IMG/VR virus record: IMGVR_UViG_3300032242_000738
Span: 20,220-84,219 of that record
DNA: 64,000 nucleotides
Source: a virus
Direction: 5' to 3' (one strand)
The number at the start of each line of letters is the position of its first letter. The first letter of the stretch is position 1. The notes under the pieces were generated by a model. It saw only the letters and a program-made list of their open reading frames with translations. It searched no databases and was not told the DNA's origin. A program made the translations under genes and the position numbers. This document shows, piece after piece, positions 33,201 to 42,127 of the stretch.

Positions 33201-35192
33201 ACAGCAGGAACAGCATATTCAGTAAGTGCAGGAAATATTTCTGGTACAGTCAATCTTGCCAATTATGCAACCACAGCTAACAGTGTTGCTGGTGCTAATG
33301 TAAGTGGTGCGGTATCATACGCAACAACAGCCAACAGTGTCGCTGGTGCTAACGTAAGTGGTGCTGTAGCGTATGCAACCACTGCTAATAGTGTAGCCGG
33401 TGCTAATGTTTCTGGTGCTGTAGCAAGTGCAACTAGTGCAACAAATGCAGCCGCATTATTACAAAATACATCTAGCGCAACGACTGTATATCCAACATTC
33501 ACTACTAGTAGTGCAAATGGAAATTCACAAGCAGTATTCAATACTTCTATCAGTTCTAATTTAGCCAATGCATCTATTACTGCTACAACATTTGTAGGTG
33601 CATTGAGTGGTACGGCAAGTTTAGCGACATATGCAACAACTGCTAATAGTGTAGCTGGTGCTAATGTATCCGGAGCAGTAAGCTATGCAACAACAGCCAA
33701 TAGTGTAGCCGGTGCTAATGTAAGTGGTACAGTAGCCAATGCAACATATGCTACTAGTGCAGGCAGTGCAAGTTCAGCAAGTAGCGCAACTACTGCAGGA
33801 AGTGTAACTAACGCAGTAACATTCAACAATGGTGGAACAGGCGACGTATCAGGAACTACATACAACGGTGGTGCTGCAAGAACTGTTTCATATAATACAG
33901 TTGGTGCTCCAAGTACTACAGGTACGAATGCCAGTGGTACATGGAATATTAATGTTACAGGTAGTGCAGGTAGTGCAAGCACAGCCGGTAGTGCTACTAC
34001 AGCCGGTAGTGCTACTACAGCAGGAAGCGTAACTAATTCTGTAACATTCAATAGTGGTGGTGCAGGAGACGCATCAGGTACTACATTCAATGGCGGCGCC
34101 GCAAGAACAGTTTCATATAATACAGTAGGTGCGCCTAGTACTACTGGCACAAATGCTAGTGGTACATGGAGTATTAATGTTACCGGTAGTGCAGGTAGTG
34201 CAGGTAGCGCATCCAGTGCAACCACTGCAGGTAGTGTAACAAACTCAGTTACATTTAGTACTTCAGGAGGTGCTGCAGCCGGAACGACATTTAACGGAGG
34301 TGCTGCTAGAACTGTTGATTATAGTACAGTAGGTGCGCCTAGTACTACTGGTACAAATGCTAGTGGTACATGGAGTATTAATGTTACCGGTAGTGCAGGT
34401 AGTGCAAGTACAGCAGGTACTGTAACAACTGCGGCACAACCAAACATTACTAGCGTTGGTACATTGAGTAGCTTATCTGTATCTGGTAACATTAGTGGTG
34501 GTAACGTTGGGGGTATTATTAGACCTACTGCAGGTAGTGGTACAGCTGGTATTATATTCCCTGCAGACCCCGGAGGCGGATCCGGCGATTTGGCAACAAT
34601 CAAATATTATGCAATAACAGGTGAAACAACTGTATTAGAATTAACTGTAACTAATGATGCTGATGATACTATTAAGTTAAATGCCAGTGGCGGAACAACT
34701 ATTACAAACACATTAACTACTACATCTATAAGTGCAGGATCTAGTGGCACAGCCGGTACTATTACTGGCAACTGGTCACTAAGTGGTGGTTCACGCTTAA
34801 ATGCAACATATGCTGACTTAGCAGAATATTACAAATCTGATACTGAACTTGTTGCGGGTGACGTAGTTGTACTAGGTGGTGATTTTGATGTAACACTAAC
34901 AGATGAATCACACGACCACAGAGTTGCAGGTATTGTTAGTACTGATCCAGCATATTTAATGAATCGCAAAGAAGATGATACAGGATATGTTGCTGTTGCA
35001 CTAACAGGACGAGTACCATGCAAAGTAAATGGACCAGTAAGAAAAGGTGATTTATTAGTAAGCTCATCACAAAAAGGTGTAGCACAAAAATTAGATAATA
35101 CAAAATGGGTACCAGGTTGTGTTATAGGTAAAGCTATGGAAAACGTTGATGAAGGGCTACATATCATTGAAGTAGCAGTCGGTCGTTTCTAA
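27273..35192 (+). CDS. giant (2639 aa) long tail fibre/appendage protein
   Basis: N-terminal DDPQADAIRIAFQKVQNNF; many YATTANSVAGANVSG and AQPNITSVGTL repeats; DPVNAQDVATKNYVD; C-terminal ADLAEYY...GRVPCKV domain. Confidence 0.85.
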   Translation: MSQQNIDFGAFPDDPQADAIRIAFQKVQNNFDQLFSTASVGVVTSVNQNAGAGIQVNTPTGNVIVSANIACVQVATSSLSIGQGGNGGTSATITQSSQTLVVDINPANVFSNNFAAVGGGLANITGTLTASASAQPNITTVGTLGNLVVTGDTTSGNVYANSGTVVASILTGTLTTNAQPNITSVGTLSSLTVTGTITSGNATLGNTANANYFVGDGSQLTNIRADGGTSTILSNGTSNVNIPVVSSNVTIGVSGTANTVVFTTTGVNVSGYLNANRLISTVATGTAPLTVTSTTQVANLNAATAGLATYATTANSVAGANVSGAVPYATTANSVAGANVSGAVGSATNASAVLNSTQTTGTYYPAFVSSTVTGNYALASNTAFSANLANGSLTATTFIGNVQGNVNGNISGNINVSGSNTQVLFNDSGNANATAGFTFNKSSNLVTMAGNLITANANLGNAASANYFIGSGNNLSNIQGANVSGAVPYATTANNVAGANVSGIVANATYATNAGSATTAGTVTTAAQPNITSVGTLSSLIVSGNINAGNLSANNFTVNNANISGQYITTLTTGTAPLVVYSTTQVANLNAATAGLATYATTANAVAGANVSGAVAYATTANSVAGANVSGAVASATNASAVLQNTSTATTAYPTFTTSSANGNSSIVINTSINANLSNGALTATTFIGNFQGNISGNISVGGSNTQVLFNDSGNANATAGFTFNKSSNLVTLSGNLIAANANLGNAATANYFIGNFYGLANNSTTAGTVTSNAQPNITSLGTLSSLSVTGNISSGNASLGNSVSANYFVGSGNNLSNIQAANITGAIPYANIANNVAGANVSGQVGNSLIASTVYTNAQPNITSVGTLTGLTVSGSTNLGNVGNVTITGGSANYFLMTNGSGALTWTNAALSPVPGSNTQVIFNDGSAYGANSNLTFNKSTGALSATLLTGTLTTAAQPNVTSVGTLTSLIVSGNINAGNVTGGNVVSANYLTGNLTTAAQPNITSVGTLTSLGVNGTVTAVAFTANTGVFTGNGAGLTNLNGANVSGSIANATYALSANTANTAITVTGNSQPNITSVGTLTSLIVSGNINAGNVSGGNAVSANYLIGNLYGTANLATYATTANSVAGANVSGQVANSLVAGTVYTNSQPNITSVGTLTSLTVSGTTNLGAVGNVTITGGTSGYYLQTNGSGTLTWAAIPVGSGISNGNSNVNIPSSNGNVNISAVGNANVLIVTGTGINVAGTLNATGNANVGNIGATNGVFTNVSGNGSALSSITGANVTGTVANATNATSATNAAALLQNTSSATTVYPTFTTSSANGNSSAVINTSISANLANGSLTATTFIGNVSGNISGNIAVSGSNTQVLFNDSGNANATAGFTFNKSSNLVTMTGNLVTANANLGNAATANYFIGNFYGTANLATYATTANSVAGANVSGQVSNSLVAGTVYTAAQPNITSVGTLSSLTVTANTTSGNLVTGGVITVSGTGVSSINGNLNMNSKYVVSVSDPVNAQDVATKNYVDGLVATGLAYHTAVVAATTTTLAITTGGTVTYNNGASGVGANLVTTGSFNLIDTANVQTVGTRILVKDEANGAWNGVYTWANATTIVRSTDTNSYGPGTTQLSENDYFFVSSGSVNKGSAWVVTTAGTITFGTTNIIFSQFSSSQTYNAGTGLTLASTTFSISNTAVTAGSYGNGDRVSTFTVNNQGQLTAASNTAITANAANLTGTTLASSVVTSSLTTVGNVTAGIWNNNIGLSATFAAGLSGANLASITGANVTGQVGNSLVAGTVYTNAQPNITSVGTLTSLGVNGTVTAVAFTANTGIFTGNGSGLTNINGANVTGSVSTTVSATNASALLQNTSSATTVYPTFTTSSANGNSQAVFNTSISSNLANASITATTFVGALSGTASLATYATTANSVAGANVSGAVAYATTANSVAGANVSGAVTYATTANSVAGANVSGTVANATYAVTAGTAYSVSAGNISGTVNLANYATTANSVAGANVSGAVSYATTANSVAGANVSGAVAYATTANSVAGANVSGAVASATSATNAAALLQNTSSATTVYPTFTTSSANGNSQAVFNTSISSNLANASITATTFVGALSGTASLATYATTANSVAGANVSGAVSYATTANSVAGANVSGTVANATYATSAGSASSASSATTAGSVTNAVTFNNGGTGDVSGTTYNGGAARTVSYNTVGAPSTTGTNASGTWNINVTGSAGSASTAGSATTAGSATTAGSVTNSVTFNSGGAGDASGTTFNGGAARTVSYNTVGAPSTTGTNASGTWSINVTGSAGSAGSASSATTAGSVTNSVTFSTSGGAAAGTTFNGGAARTVDYSTVGAPSTTGTNASGTWSINVTGSAGSASTAGTVTTAAQPNITSVGTLSSLSVSGNISGGNVGGIIRPTAGSGTAGIIFPADPGGGSGDLATIKYYAITGETTVLELTVTNDADDTIKLNASGGTTITNTLTTTSISAGSSGTAGTITGNWSLSGGSRLNATYADLAEYYKSDTELVAGDVVVLGGDFDVTLTDESHDHRVAGIVSTDPAYLMNRKEDDTGYVAVALTGRVPCKVNGPVRKGDLLVSSSQKGVAQKLDNTKWVPGCVIGKAMENVDEGLHIIEVAVGRF

Positions 35193-35206
35193 TAAAAGGA
35201 AAATAA

Positions 35207-35827
35207 ATGGTAACAATAGAATTATTAACAGCAATGTGTCCAAAAACAAAACGCTCTATATTAGAGGGTTATGTTGAGCCACTAAACACAGTAGCAGAAT
35301 ACTATGAGATGTTTGACAACCCAAAACGTGTTGCAGGCTTCTTAGCACAAGTAGCACATGAAAGCGGTGGGTTTAATGCTACAGTTGAAAACTTAAATTA
35401 TAGTGCTAAGGGATTGATGGGTACTTTTAAAAAGTATTTCCCGTCAGAAGATATCGCTAAACAATATGAACGTAAGCCAGAAATGATTGCTAATCGTGTT
35501 TATGCTAATCGTATGAAAAATGGTGATGAACATAGTGGTGATGGCTACAGATTTAGAGGGCGTGGATTAATACAATTGACCGGTCGTGATAACTATACCA
35601 AGTTTGCTGAAGCATTAGATATGAGTATTGAAGATACAGTAGCATATTTAGAAACACCAAATGGTGCTGTTGCGAGTGCCGGTTGGTTCTGGGATAACAA
35701 TAAACTAAATCAATACTGTGACCGTGATGATTTTGTTACATTAACAAAACGTATTAATGGTGGTACTATTGGTTTGGAAGATAGACAACATCACTATCAT
35801 ATTGCATTACAATATTTAGGCGCATAA
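35207..35827 (+). CDS. glycoside hydrolase family 19 endolysin
   Basis: FLAQVAHESGGF, ENLNYS, YRFRGRGLIQLTGRDNY, TKRINGG. Confidence 0.92.
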   Translation: MVTIELLTAMCPKTKRSILEGYVEPLNTVAEYYEMFDNPKRVAGFLAQVAHESGGFNATVENLNYSAKGLMGTFKKYFPSEDIAKQYERKPEMIANRVYANRMKNGDEHSGDGYRFRGRGLIQLTGRDNYTKFAEALDMSIEDTVAYLETPNGAVASAGWFWDNNKLNQYCDRDDFVTLTKRINGGTIGLEDRQHHYHIALQYLGA

Positions 35828-35829
35828 TA

Positions 35830-38211
35830 ATGGCACAACCAATTTGGAATACCCCAGCTGGCTCTTTAGGTAGATATCCTGCTACAATAGCATTGGCAAC
35901 ACAATTATCAGCTACAGCCGTATCTCCTGCAACTACCGTCACTTATAAAGTATTAAGTGGCAAATTGCCATCTGGAATTAGTATCAGTTCTAATGGATTA
36001 ATTAGTGGTACTCCTACATTGGTTACGTCAGATACAACTAGTTCTTTTACTATTAGAGCTACTGATAATTTGTCTAATATACGTGATAGAACTTTCTCAA
36101 TGACAATATCTGGTTTAGCTATACCAAGGTTTACTACGCCAATTGGTAGCATATTAAACACGTTAGATAGTTTATGGATTTCATTACCTATAACATATTC
36201 AAATCCAGTAAGCACAAATAAAATTGTAGTAGAATTACAAGAGGGCACATTGCCACCTGGATTAGAAATAAATAGTCAAGGATTGATTAGAGGATATCCA
36301 AATCCTCCTACAGTAAATGTTACTTTAAATCAAGTAACCACAGTAGCAACATTATCAGATACTACTAATTTGATAACATGTACTAGTACTACACAATTTA
36401 CAGTAGGCAGACCAGTAGTTTTTACAGGTACAACATTTGGTGGTATAGTTAGCGGTACTACATATTATATAAAGACCATTAATAGTAATACTACTTTTAC
36501 TATATCAGCTACTCAGTACGGTAATGTATTTACGTTAACGTCCGGATCAGGATCAATGACTGTTACTTTACCTGCAACATCGGTAGGTCAACCAACAATA
36601 CGTACATATTCATTCGTACTTAGACTATCAAGTCTATTAGGTGGAGATACCGCAAATTATACAATTACAGTAGTAAATCAAAATACACCTGTTAATCAAG
36701 GTGGTCCAGGTAATGTTTCTAATTCACGTACCCCTACAATACTTAACACTAGACCTAGAACATTTGTAATACCAAATAGCGACCCCTATCAAGGATATTA
36801 TATATTACCACCTGTTAGTCCTTCTGTAAATGCATTTATAGGCACCATAAAAAGTGGAGAATACTTTACTTTTAAAGTAATAGGTTATGATTTTGATGGT
36901 AATTCACTAACATATCACTATACAAATTTACCTACAGGATTAACAGGAGATACTGTTACTGGTTGGATAACAGGTACACCTACACTAAGTTCAAATGGAT
37001 TAAGTACCTTTAGTTTTTCTGTAAATGTATATAAAACAAATAACAGTAGTATAACTTCTACTAACTTTAATTATAGTTATAATGTAAGTAAAGTAATTAC
37101 TGATACCGTAATATGGATAACTCCATCAGATTTGGGAACAATATCTAATAGTACAGTAAGCACATTAAGTGTATTTGCTGAAGCAGATACTACTTTAAAT
37201 TATAGAATAACTAGTGGTTTATTGCCCAATAATCTTATACTACTAGACAACGGTGAAATAACCGGTAGAGTAGCGGATCAACCTACTAGTACACTATTAG
37301 CACAAAACAGTGAAACAGTTTTTACATTTACAATACAAGCCTATTCAGAACTATATCCAGGAGTAGAGTCTAGTAAGACATTTACAGTAACAGTATTACA
37401 GCAATATGCTAGACCAACTGATACGCTTTATATTAAGGCAACTCCTAGTGTAGATGATAGAAATATTATCAATAGTTTATTGACAAATACTACATTAATT
37501 CCTGATGAGTATGTATATAGACTTGATGATATATATTTTGGAAAAGCAACTGATGTAATATATGAACACGCATATGGTATATATGCAAGTGATATAGGTG
37601 AGTATTTGGCAGCGGTCACCGAAAATCATTATTGGAGAAATATTACATTAGGTGAGATAAAAACTGCAGTAGCAAAAAATAGTGCAGGCGATGTAATTTA
37701 TGAAGTAGTATACAGCGAAGTTATTGACGATCTGGTTAATCCATCAGGTATTAGCGTACAACAAGAGATATATTGGCCTAGACCAATAGATTTAAACCCG
37801 GGTACTGTAAGAACATTATACCCAAACAGTTTATTTAATATGCGTAATCGTGTAGCACAAGTTGTTGGACAAGAATATGACAGTGGATTGTTACCTTTGT
37901 GGATGACCAGTCAACAGTCAAATGGTGGTATATTGGGCTATACACAAGCTTGGGTAATATGTTATACTAAACCGGGATTTGCTAATAAAATTAAACAAGA
38001 TATACAAGATACGTGGCCATATACATTAAATCAAATTAATTTTAAAATTGACAGATTTACTGTAGATAAGAGTGAAACATATAATTATGATAAGAACTTA
38101 ACTCCGGCAGCTTGGACAGGATTACCCAGTGCAAGTCCTGTACCCGATCCATTGGACAGTAAGGATTTCTATGTATTGTTCCCTAGACAAACAATTTTAC
38201 CAAACCAATAA
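35830..38211 (+). CDS. baseplate/structural protein with Ig-like repeats
   Basis: Repeated SG.LP.G..I...G.I.G.P...F(T/S)(I/V) modules; C-terminal LPLWMTSQQ...WVICYTKPG. Confidence 0.65.
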   Translation: MAQPIWNTPAGSLGRYPATIALATQLSATAVSPATTVTYKVLSGKLPSGISISSNGLISGTPTLVTSDTTSSFTIRATDNLSNIRDRTFSMTISGLAIPRFTTPIGSILNTLDSLWISLPITYSNPVSTNKIVVELQEGTLPPGLEINSQGLIRGYPNPPTVNVTLNQVTTVATLSDTTNLITCTSTTQFTVGRPVVFTGTTFGGIVSGTTYYIKTINSNTTFTISATQYGNVFTLTSGSGSMTVTLPATSVGQPTIRTYSFVLRLSSLLGGDTANYTITVVNQNTPVNQGGPGNVSNSRTPTILNTRPRTFVIPNSDPYQGYYILPPVSPSVNAFIGTIKSGEYFTFKVIGYDFDGNSLTYHYTNLPTGLTGDTVTGWITGTPTLSSNGLSTFSFSVNVYKTNNSSITSTNFNYSYNVSKVITDTVIWITPSDLGTISNSTVSTLSVFAEADTTLNYRITSGLLPNNLILLDNGEITGRVADQPTSTLLAQNSETVFTFTIQAYSELYPGVESSKTFTVTVLQQYARPTDTLYIKATPSVDDRNIINSLLTNTTLIPDEYVYRLDDIYFGKATDVIYEHAYGIYASDIGEYLAAVTENHYWRNITLGEIKTAVAKNSAGDVIYEVVYSEVIDDLVNPSGISVQQEIYWPRPIDLNPGTVRTLYPNSLFNMRNRVAQVVGQEYDSGLLPLWMTSQQSNGGILGYTQAWVICYTKPGFANKIKQDIQDTWPYTLNQINFKIDRFTVDKSETYNYDKNLTPAAWTGLPSASPVPDPLDSKDFYVLFPRQTILPNQ

Positions 38212-38243
38212 CAATACTAAATATATAACGGAACAAAAAGAAT

Positions 38244-39641
38244 ATGAGTACAATTAACACAAACGGTATCAATGTAAATTACCCTGTACCAGGGGTGAAT
38301 AACAATAGTCAAGGATTCAGAGATAACTTTGCATCTATTAGAACTAATTTAAATACAGCTGCCAATGAAATCACTGACCTACAAAATAAAGTTGTAGTTA
38401 AATCTGCACTGGCTAACTCTATTGTTAATAACGACATGGCTAATACTCTTATTAGTAATGCATTAACACGTAGTTTTCGTGCTAGTACTTATAATTTGGG
38501 CGGCGCACTATCTGGTATCGTGTCAGTTAATGTATCATTAGGTGATGTACAATATGGTACAATCGCAGGTAATACTACCATTCAATTTACAGGATGGAGT
38601 CCAACTGGTACTCAAAGTAATGTACAATTACAACTAGCAGTATCAAATAACTTAGCAACAATTTCATTACCAGCAGAAGTTACAACTGGTGTAACATCAT
38701 TAGAAAACTATGCAAATGTTGCTAATACTACTACCATTACAGTACCGTATGGTGTAACACAATTAGATTATAGATTTAGTACAATTGATTGTGGTAATAC
38801 AATAGTTGTAGAACCATATAATAATAGTAGAGTAGCATCACAAGTTCAAAGTCGCACACCATCTCCAACTGGTTCGCAAGGTGATGTAGCCGGTGATGTT
38901 GCTGTAGATGCAAATTACATTTACGTTTGTACTGGTTCATTTGATTCAAATGTAGCAAATACTATATCTATACCCAGTATTACATCAACATATGCAGGTA
39001 ATTTAATAGACTGTGTTACTACTAGTAGTTTAAGAGTAAATTCACCAATCATATTTAATGGAACTACTTGGGGAAATATTGTTGCAAATACAGTTTATTA
39101 TATCAAAACAATACCTGACTCTGCTAATATAACAATTAGTGCTACTGGTTTTAGTGGTATTGCTGGATCAACATTTGTTATTAGTGCTGGCACCGGTGCT
39201 ATGGCAGCGAATAGTTATAACGGTACAGCTATATGGAAAAGTATTGAATTGGCTGGTTTGGGTAGTGCTAATCAAACAATTCAGGGTAGTTTAACAGTGG
39301 GTGGACTATTAGCAGTAAGTTCTAGTGATACTGTTACCGCAGCCGGAACTTTCCAATCAAATGCTACATTATTGTCAAATAATATTAATATTGTAACCAC
39401 TGCACCAACTAGTTCAGGTGTAAAATTACCAATAGCAGTTGCTGGATATAGAATAATCATAAGAAATAATACAGCTAATACAATAAATGTATATCCAAAT
39501 ACAGGATCTGAGATTAACGGCGGATCTATCAATGTTCCAGTAACACTAGGTGCTTCATCCTCAACAGAATATTTCTGTTCTACCAGTGCTATCTCTAATG
39601 TAGGTGGACATTGGTATACATTAAATTCTACTTACGCATAA
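38244..39641 (+). CDS. virion structural (fibre-like) protein
   Basis: YPVPGVNNNSQGFRDNF N-terminus; T/S/N/G-rich; TAAATA promoter at 38218. Confidence 0.6.
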   Translation: MSTINTNGINVNYPVPGVNNNSQGFRDNFASIRTNLNTAANEITDLQNKVVVKSALANSIVNNDMANTLISNALTRSFRASTYNLGGALSGIVSVNVSLGDVQYGTIAGNTTIQFTGWSPTGTQSNVQLQLAVSNNLATISLPAEVTTGVTSLENYANVANTTTITVPYGVTQLDYRFSTIDCGNTIVVEPYNNSRVASQVQSRTPSPTGSQGDVAGDVAVDANYIYVCTGSFDSNVANTISIPSITSTYAGNLIDCVTTSSLRVNSPIIFNGTTWGNIVANTVYYIKTIPDSANITISATGFSGIAGSTFVISAGTGAMAANSYNGTAIWKSIELAGLGSANQTIQGSLTVGGLLAVSSSDTVTAAGTFQSNATLLSNNINIVTTAPTSSGVKLPIAVAGYRIIIRNNTANTINVYPNTGSEINGGSINVPVTLGASSSTEYFCSTSAISNVGGHWYTLNSTYA

Positions 39642-39676
39642 AAATATCAAGGACATATTATCCGATAAATATTTGA

Positions 39677-39910
39677 ATGGAACATCCCTTCATCTCATCA
39701 CTATCGGATAAGACATTAGAAGAACTACAAACTTCTATTTCTGAACTAACCAAAAAACTTAACTTTGCATATCGTATGCAGAATGGAGCAATGATCCATC
39801 AATTAAATATGGTAATAGAAAGTTACCGAAAAGAATACGGTCGCAAAATGGATGAGTTACTCAAAAAGCAAGGTGACCGTACACAAATTAACATTCAAAA
39901 AGAAAGCTAA
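39677..39910 (+). CDS. small hypothetical protein
   Basis: 77-aa helical ORF 5 nt after GATAAATA. Confidence 0.65.
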   Translation: MEHPFISSLSDKTLEELQTSISELTKKLNFAYRMQNGAMIHQLNMVIESYRKEYGRKMDELLKKQGDRTQINIQKES

Positions 39911-39912
39911 AA

Positions 39913-40515
39913 TTGACCACACGTATACAAAGAGACTTTTCATTTCAAGCAGGTGTTTATTTTAAAGAAGAATTTTTAATGAGCCTCTATACTATAACAT
40001 GTTACATGGAAGTAGAAACTGAATCTATCAGAGAACAAAACGTAGCAATGGAACGAATAAAGTATTTCTTAAACGAATGTTTAGACAATTGTTTTTTTGT
40101 TCAGGATATTGAACATAAAGTGATTGAGAAATACATGTCATGTGGTTTTAAAGTGTGTACCGTACCAGAAGAACCCTATGACCAAATTGTTGCACTATTA
40201 CTATTAACTAAACTTAACAGTATAACTGAAGGTAGGTTGGTTATTACTGACCTAACATTAGGTTCACGTATAAGTGATGAAGTTAAGTTTATATGTGATA
40301 TTGAAAGTCCTCTTGGTCCATTGGAAGCACCAGGTTGGTGGACAGATAACGGAACATCAATCTCTAACCCTATTAAAAAATCAGTAAAAAAAGATAAAAT
40401 AGTTAAACTATTTAAAACTACAACAACAGATTGGGCAGACTATAATTTAGTTTGGAAAGAAAAAGACCCATTGTCTAAGTGTGAAATTGTTTTTACAACT
40501 GAACAAGAAAAATAA
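39913..40515 (+). CDS. hypothetical phage protein
   Basis: 200-aa ORF, TTG start. Confidence 0.6.
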   Translation: MTTRIQRDFSFQAGVYFKEEFLMSLYTITCYMEVETESIREQNVAMERIKYFLNECLDNCFFVQDIEHKVIEKYMSCGFKVCTVPEEPYDQIVALLLLTKLNSITEGRLVITDLTLGSRISDEVKFICDIESPLGPLEAPGWWTDNGTSISNPIKKSVKKDKIVKLFKTTTTDWADYNLVWKEKDPLSKCEIVFTTEQEK

Positions 40516-40528
40516 GTATCCAAAATTA

Positions 40529-40557
40529 TTGTATTACAATACCATTTGTGATATAAT
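40529..40557 (+). promoter_or_regulatory. sigma70-like promoter TTGTAT-N17-TATAAT
   Basis: -35 at 40529-40534, -10 at 40552-40557; ATG 6 nt downstream. Confidence 0.7.
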
Positions 40558-40563
40558 AAACAA

Positions 40564-41070
40564 ATGAAAACAGACAAATACGGACAATTAATATATAATC
40601 AAGATGATTTATGTAATCTGTTTTTACAAGATCCAACACGCACTATCAGTAACGCCTTAGTAGATAGACCAATAGAATTTAATGGGTTTCTATCATTAGA
40701 AAACGTTCCAAATTTAAAAGAATATGTTAATTCAACGTTATCTTTAGAAAAATTTGATAAAATAAATCAATCAAACTGGCATATGCCCATAGAATACTAT
40801 GAGCTAGATATTGCTAAATGGGTGTTAGATCAATGTAAAGATGAAAGTGAATTGCAACGTGCAGGTGATGAACTGATTAAGTTCCAAGAACGTAATATGT
40901 TTGTATTGCTTCAATATTTAAAATATTTGGTTGATACAATGCGTAAACATAACATAGTATGGGGTGTAGGTCGCGGTAGTAGTGTAGCAAGTTTTGTATT
41001 GTTTATTATAGGAATACACCGTATAAATAGTTTATATTACCAATTAGATATTGGTGAGTTTTTAAAATAA
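40564..41070 (+). CDS. dnaE: stand-alone fragment of DNA polymerase III alpha (family C), N-terminal palm part
   Basis: R..DEL..F...LKYLVD.MRK.NIVWGVGRGSSVASFVLF.IGIHRIN.L.Y.L...EFL matches the DnaE GxGRGS region; stops before the catalytic PDIDID motif. Confidence 0.8.
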   Translation: MKTDKYGQLIYNQDDLCNLFLQDPTRTISNALVDRPIEFNGFLSLENVPNLKEYVNSTLSLEKFDKINQSNWHMPIEYYELDIAKWVLDQCKDESELQRAGDELIKFQERNMFVLLQYLKYLVDTMRKHNIVWGVGRGSSVASFVLFIIGIHRINSLYYQLDIGEFLK

Positions 41071-41079
41071 GGAAATAAT

Positions 41080-41460
41080 ATGGCTAATTACAGAACAGCA
41101 ATGGGTAAAAACGTTGACATGGCAGCACTAACTGCTAAAAATGAAAAAACCAGAGCAGTGGGAAATATGAAAGTTAATGCACGTGGTGATTCTATTGATG
41201 CAAATGGACATATTGTGCAAACTGCAACAACTAAGGTCAATAATGCATATAACAGAACTGTGGGCAATCGTTCAGCACAACCTGTACGAGCAAGACCATC
41301 AGCTCCGGCTCCTACGCCACCTAAGCCGTCAATTGATTTGTCACAACTAAATGAAATTGAACGTGAACTAGAAGAATCATTGGAAGATGATTTGGAAATT
41401 GAAAAGATCAAAGCACAAGAAGTTGAAAAAATTAAAACACAGGAAAACAAAAAGAAATGA
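41080..41460 (+). CDS. hypothetical protein
   Basis: YRTAMGK.VDM...AVGNMKVNARGD motif; Pro-rich linker; SD AAGGA. Confidence 0.65.
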   Translation: MANYRTAMGKNVDMAALTAKNEKTRAVGNMKVNARGDSIDANGHIVQTATTKVNNAYNRTVGNRSAQPVRARPSAPAPTPPKPSIDLSQLNEIERELEESLEDDLEIEKIKAQEVEKIKTQENKKK

Positions 41461-41834
41461 GTGATTACAGTAAACCGGCATTTAGCCCCACCAAAGTTGA
41501 TAAATTAACATTCTTCAATAAAGATATCATTGTAACTGATATGAAGTTTGACCAACGTGTAACTTCAGGTGGTATTATATTGTTGGACGATGACAAGAAA
41601 AGTTCGGGTATTCGTCCAAGATGGGCTAAGATTTATGGTTTGGGTCCAGAACAAGATGACCCACAATTAAGTATTGGAAAATATATCCTTATCAGTCACG
41701 GTCGTTGGACACGTGGAATTACTGTTGAAACACCAGAGGGCAAATTGACGTTGCGAAAAGTAGATCCTAATGATATACTACTAGTATCGGATGAGCCGAT
41801 GGACGATGAAACATTAAGCGATAAGGTATACTAA
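41457..41834 (+). CDS. groES: GroES-like co-chaperonin (gp31 analogue)
   Basis: TSGGIILL mobile-loop-like segment, YGLGPE, IG..ILISHGRW, NDILLV. Confidence 0.7.
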   Translation: MSDYSKPAFSPTKVDKLTFFNKDIIVTDMKFDQRVTSGGIILLDDDKKSSGIRPRWAKIYGLGPEQDDPQLSIGKYILISHGRWTRGITVETPEGKLTLRKVDPNDILLVSDEPMDDETLSDKVY

Positions 41835-42127
41835 TGAAAAGCTGGATTAGACAAAAATTACATAATTTTATATTCCCACACGATAATGAGGTTGTGGAAA
41901 CTAAAACTCATAGAAGAGGTGCTATTGTTTCTTCTAGATCCTCACATATTGATAGTAGAGGTATGAACTTTACAATACATATGGCTAATGGCGGGTATGT
42001 GTTAGAGTACTCAACATACAATGAAAAAACAGACAGGCACGATACCGCACTACACATCATTACTTCTGATACAGATTTGGGTCAAGGTATTGCACACGTT
42101 ATCACACTAGAAATGCTAAGAAAATGA
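41834..42127 (+). CDS. hypothetical protein
   Basis: 97-aa ORF with overlapping start/stop junctions. Confidence 0.6.
   Translation: MKSWIRQKLHNFIFPHDNEVVETKTHRRGAIVSSRSSHIDSRGMNFTIHMANGGYVLEYSTYNEKTDRHDTALHIITSDTDLGQGIAHVITLEMLRK

Noticed and set aside
27563-35167. Many minus-strand ORFs (up to 285 aa) inside the giant fibre gene and other long genes
   Set aside because: Antisense shadows of repetitive, biased codons; no SD, promoter or motifs
27273-35192. Abundant N-x-S/T sequons as evidence of fibre N-glycosylation
   Set aside because: Expected from the Asn/Ser/Thr-rich composition; nothing links them to the glycosyltransferases
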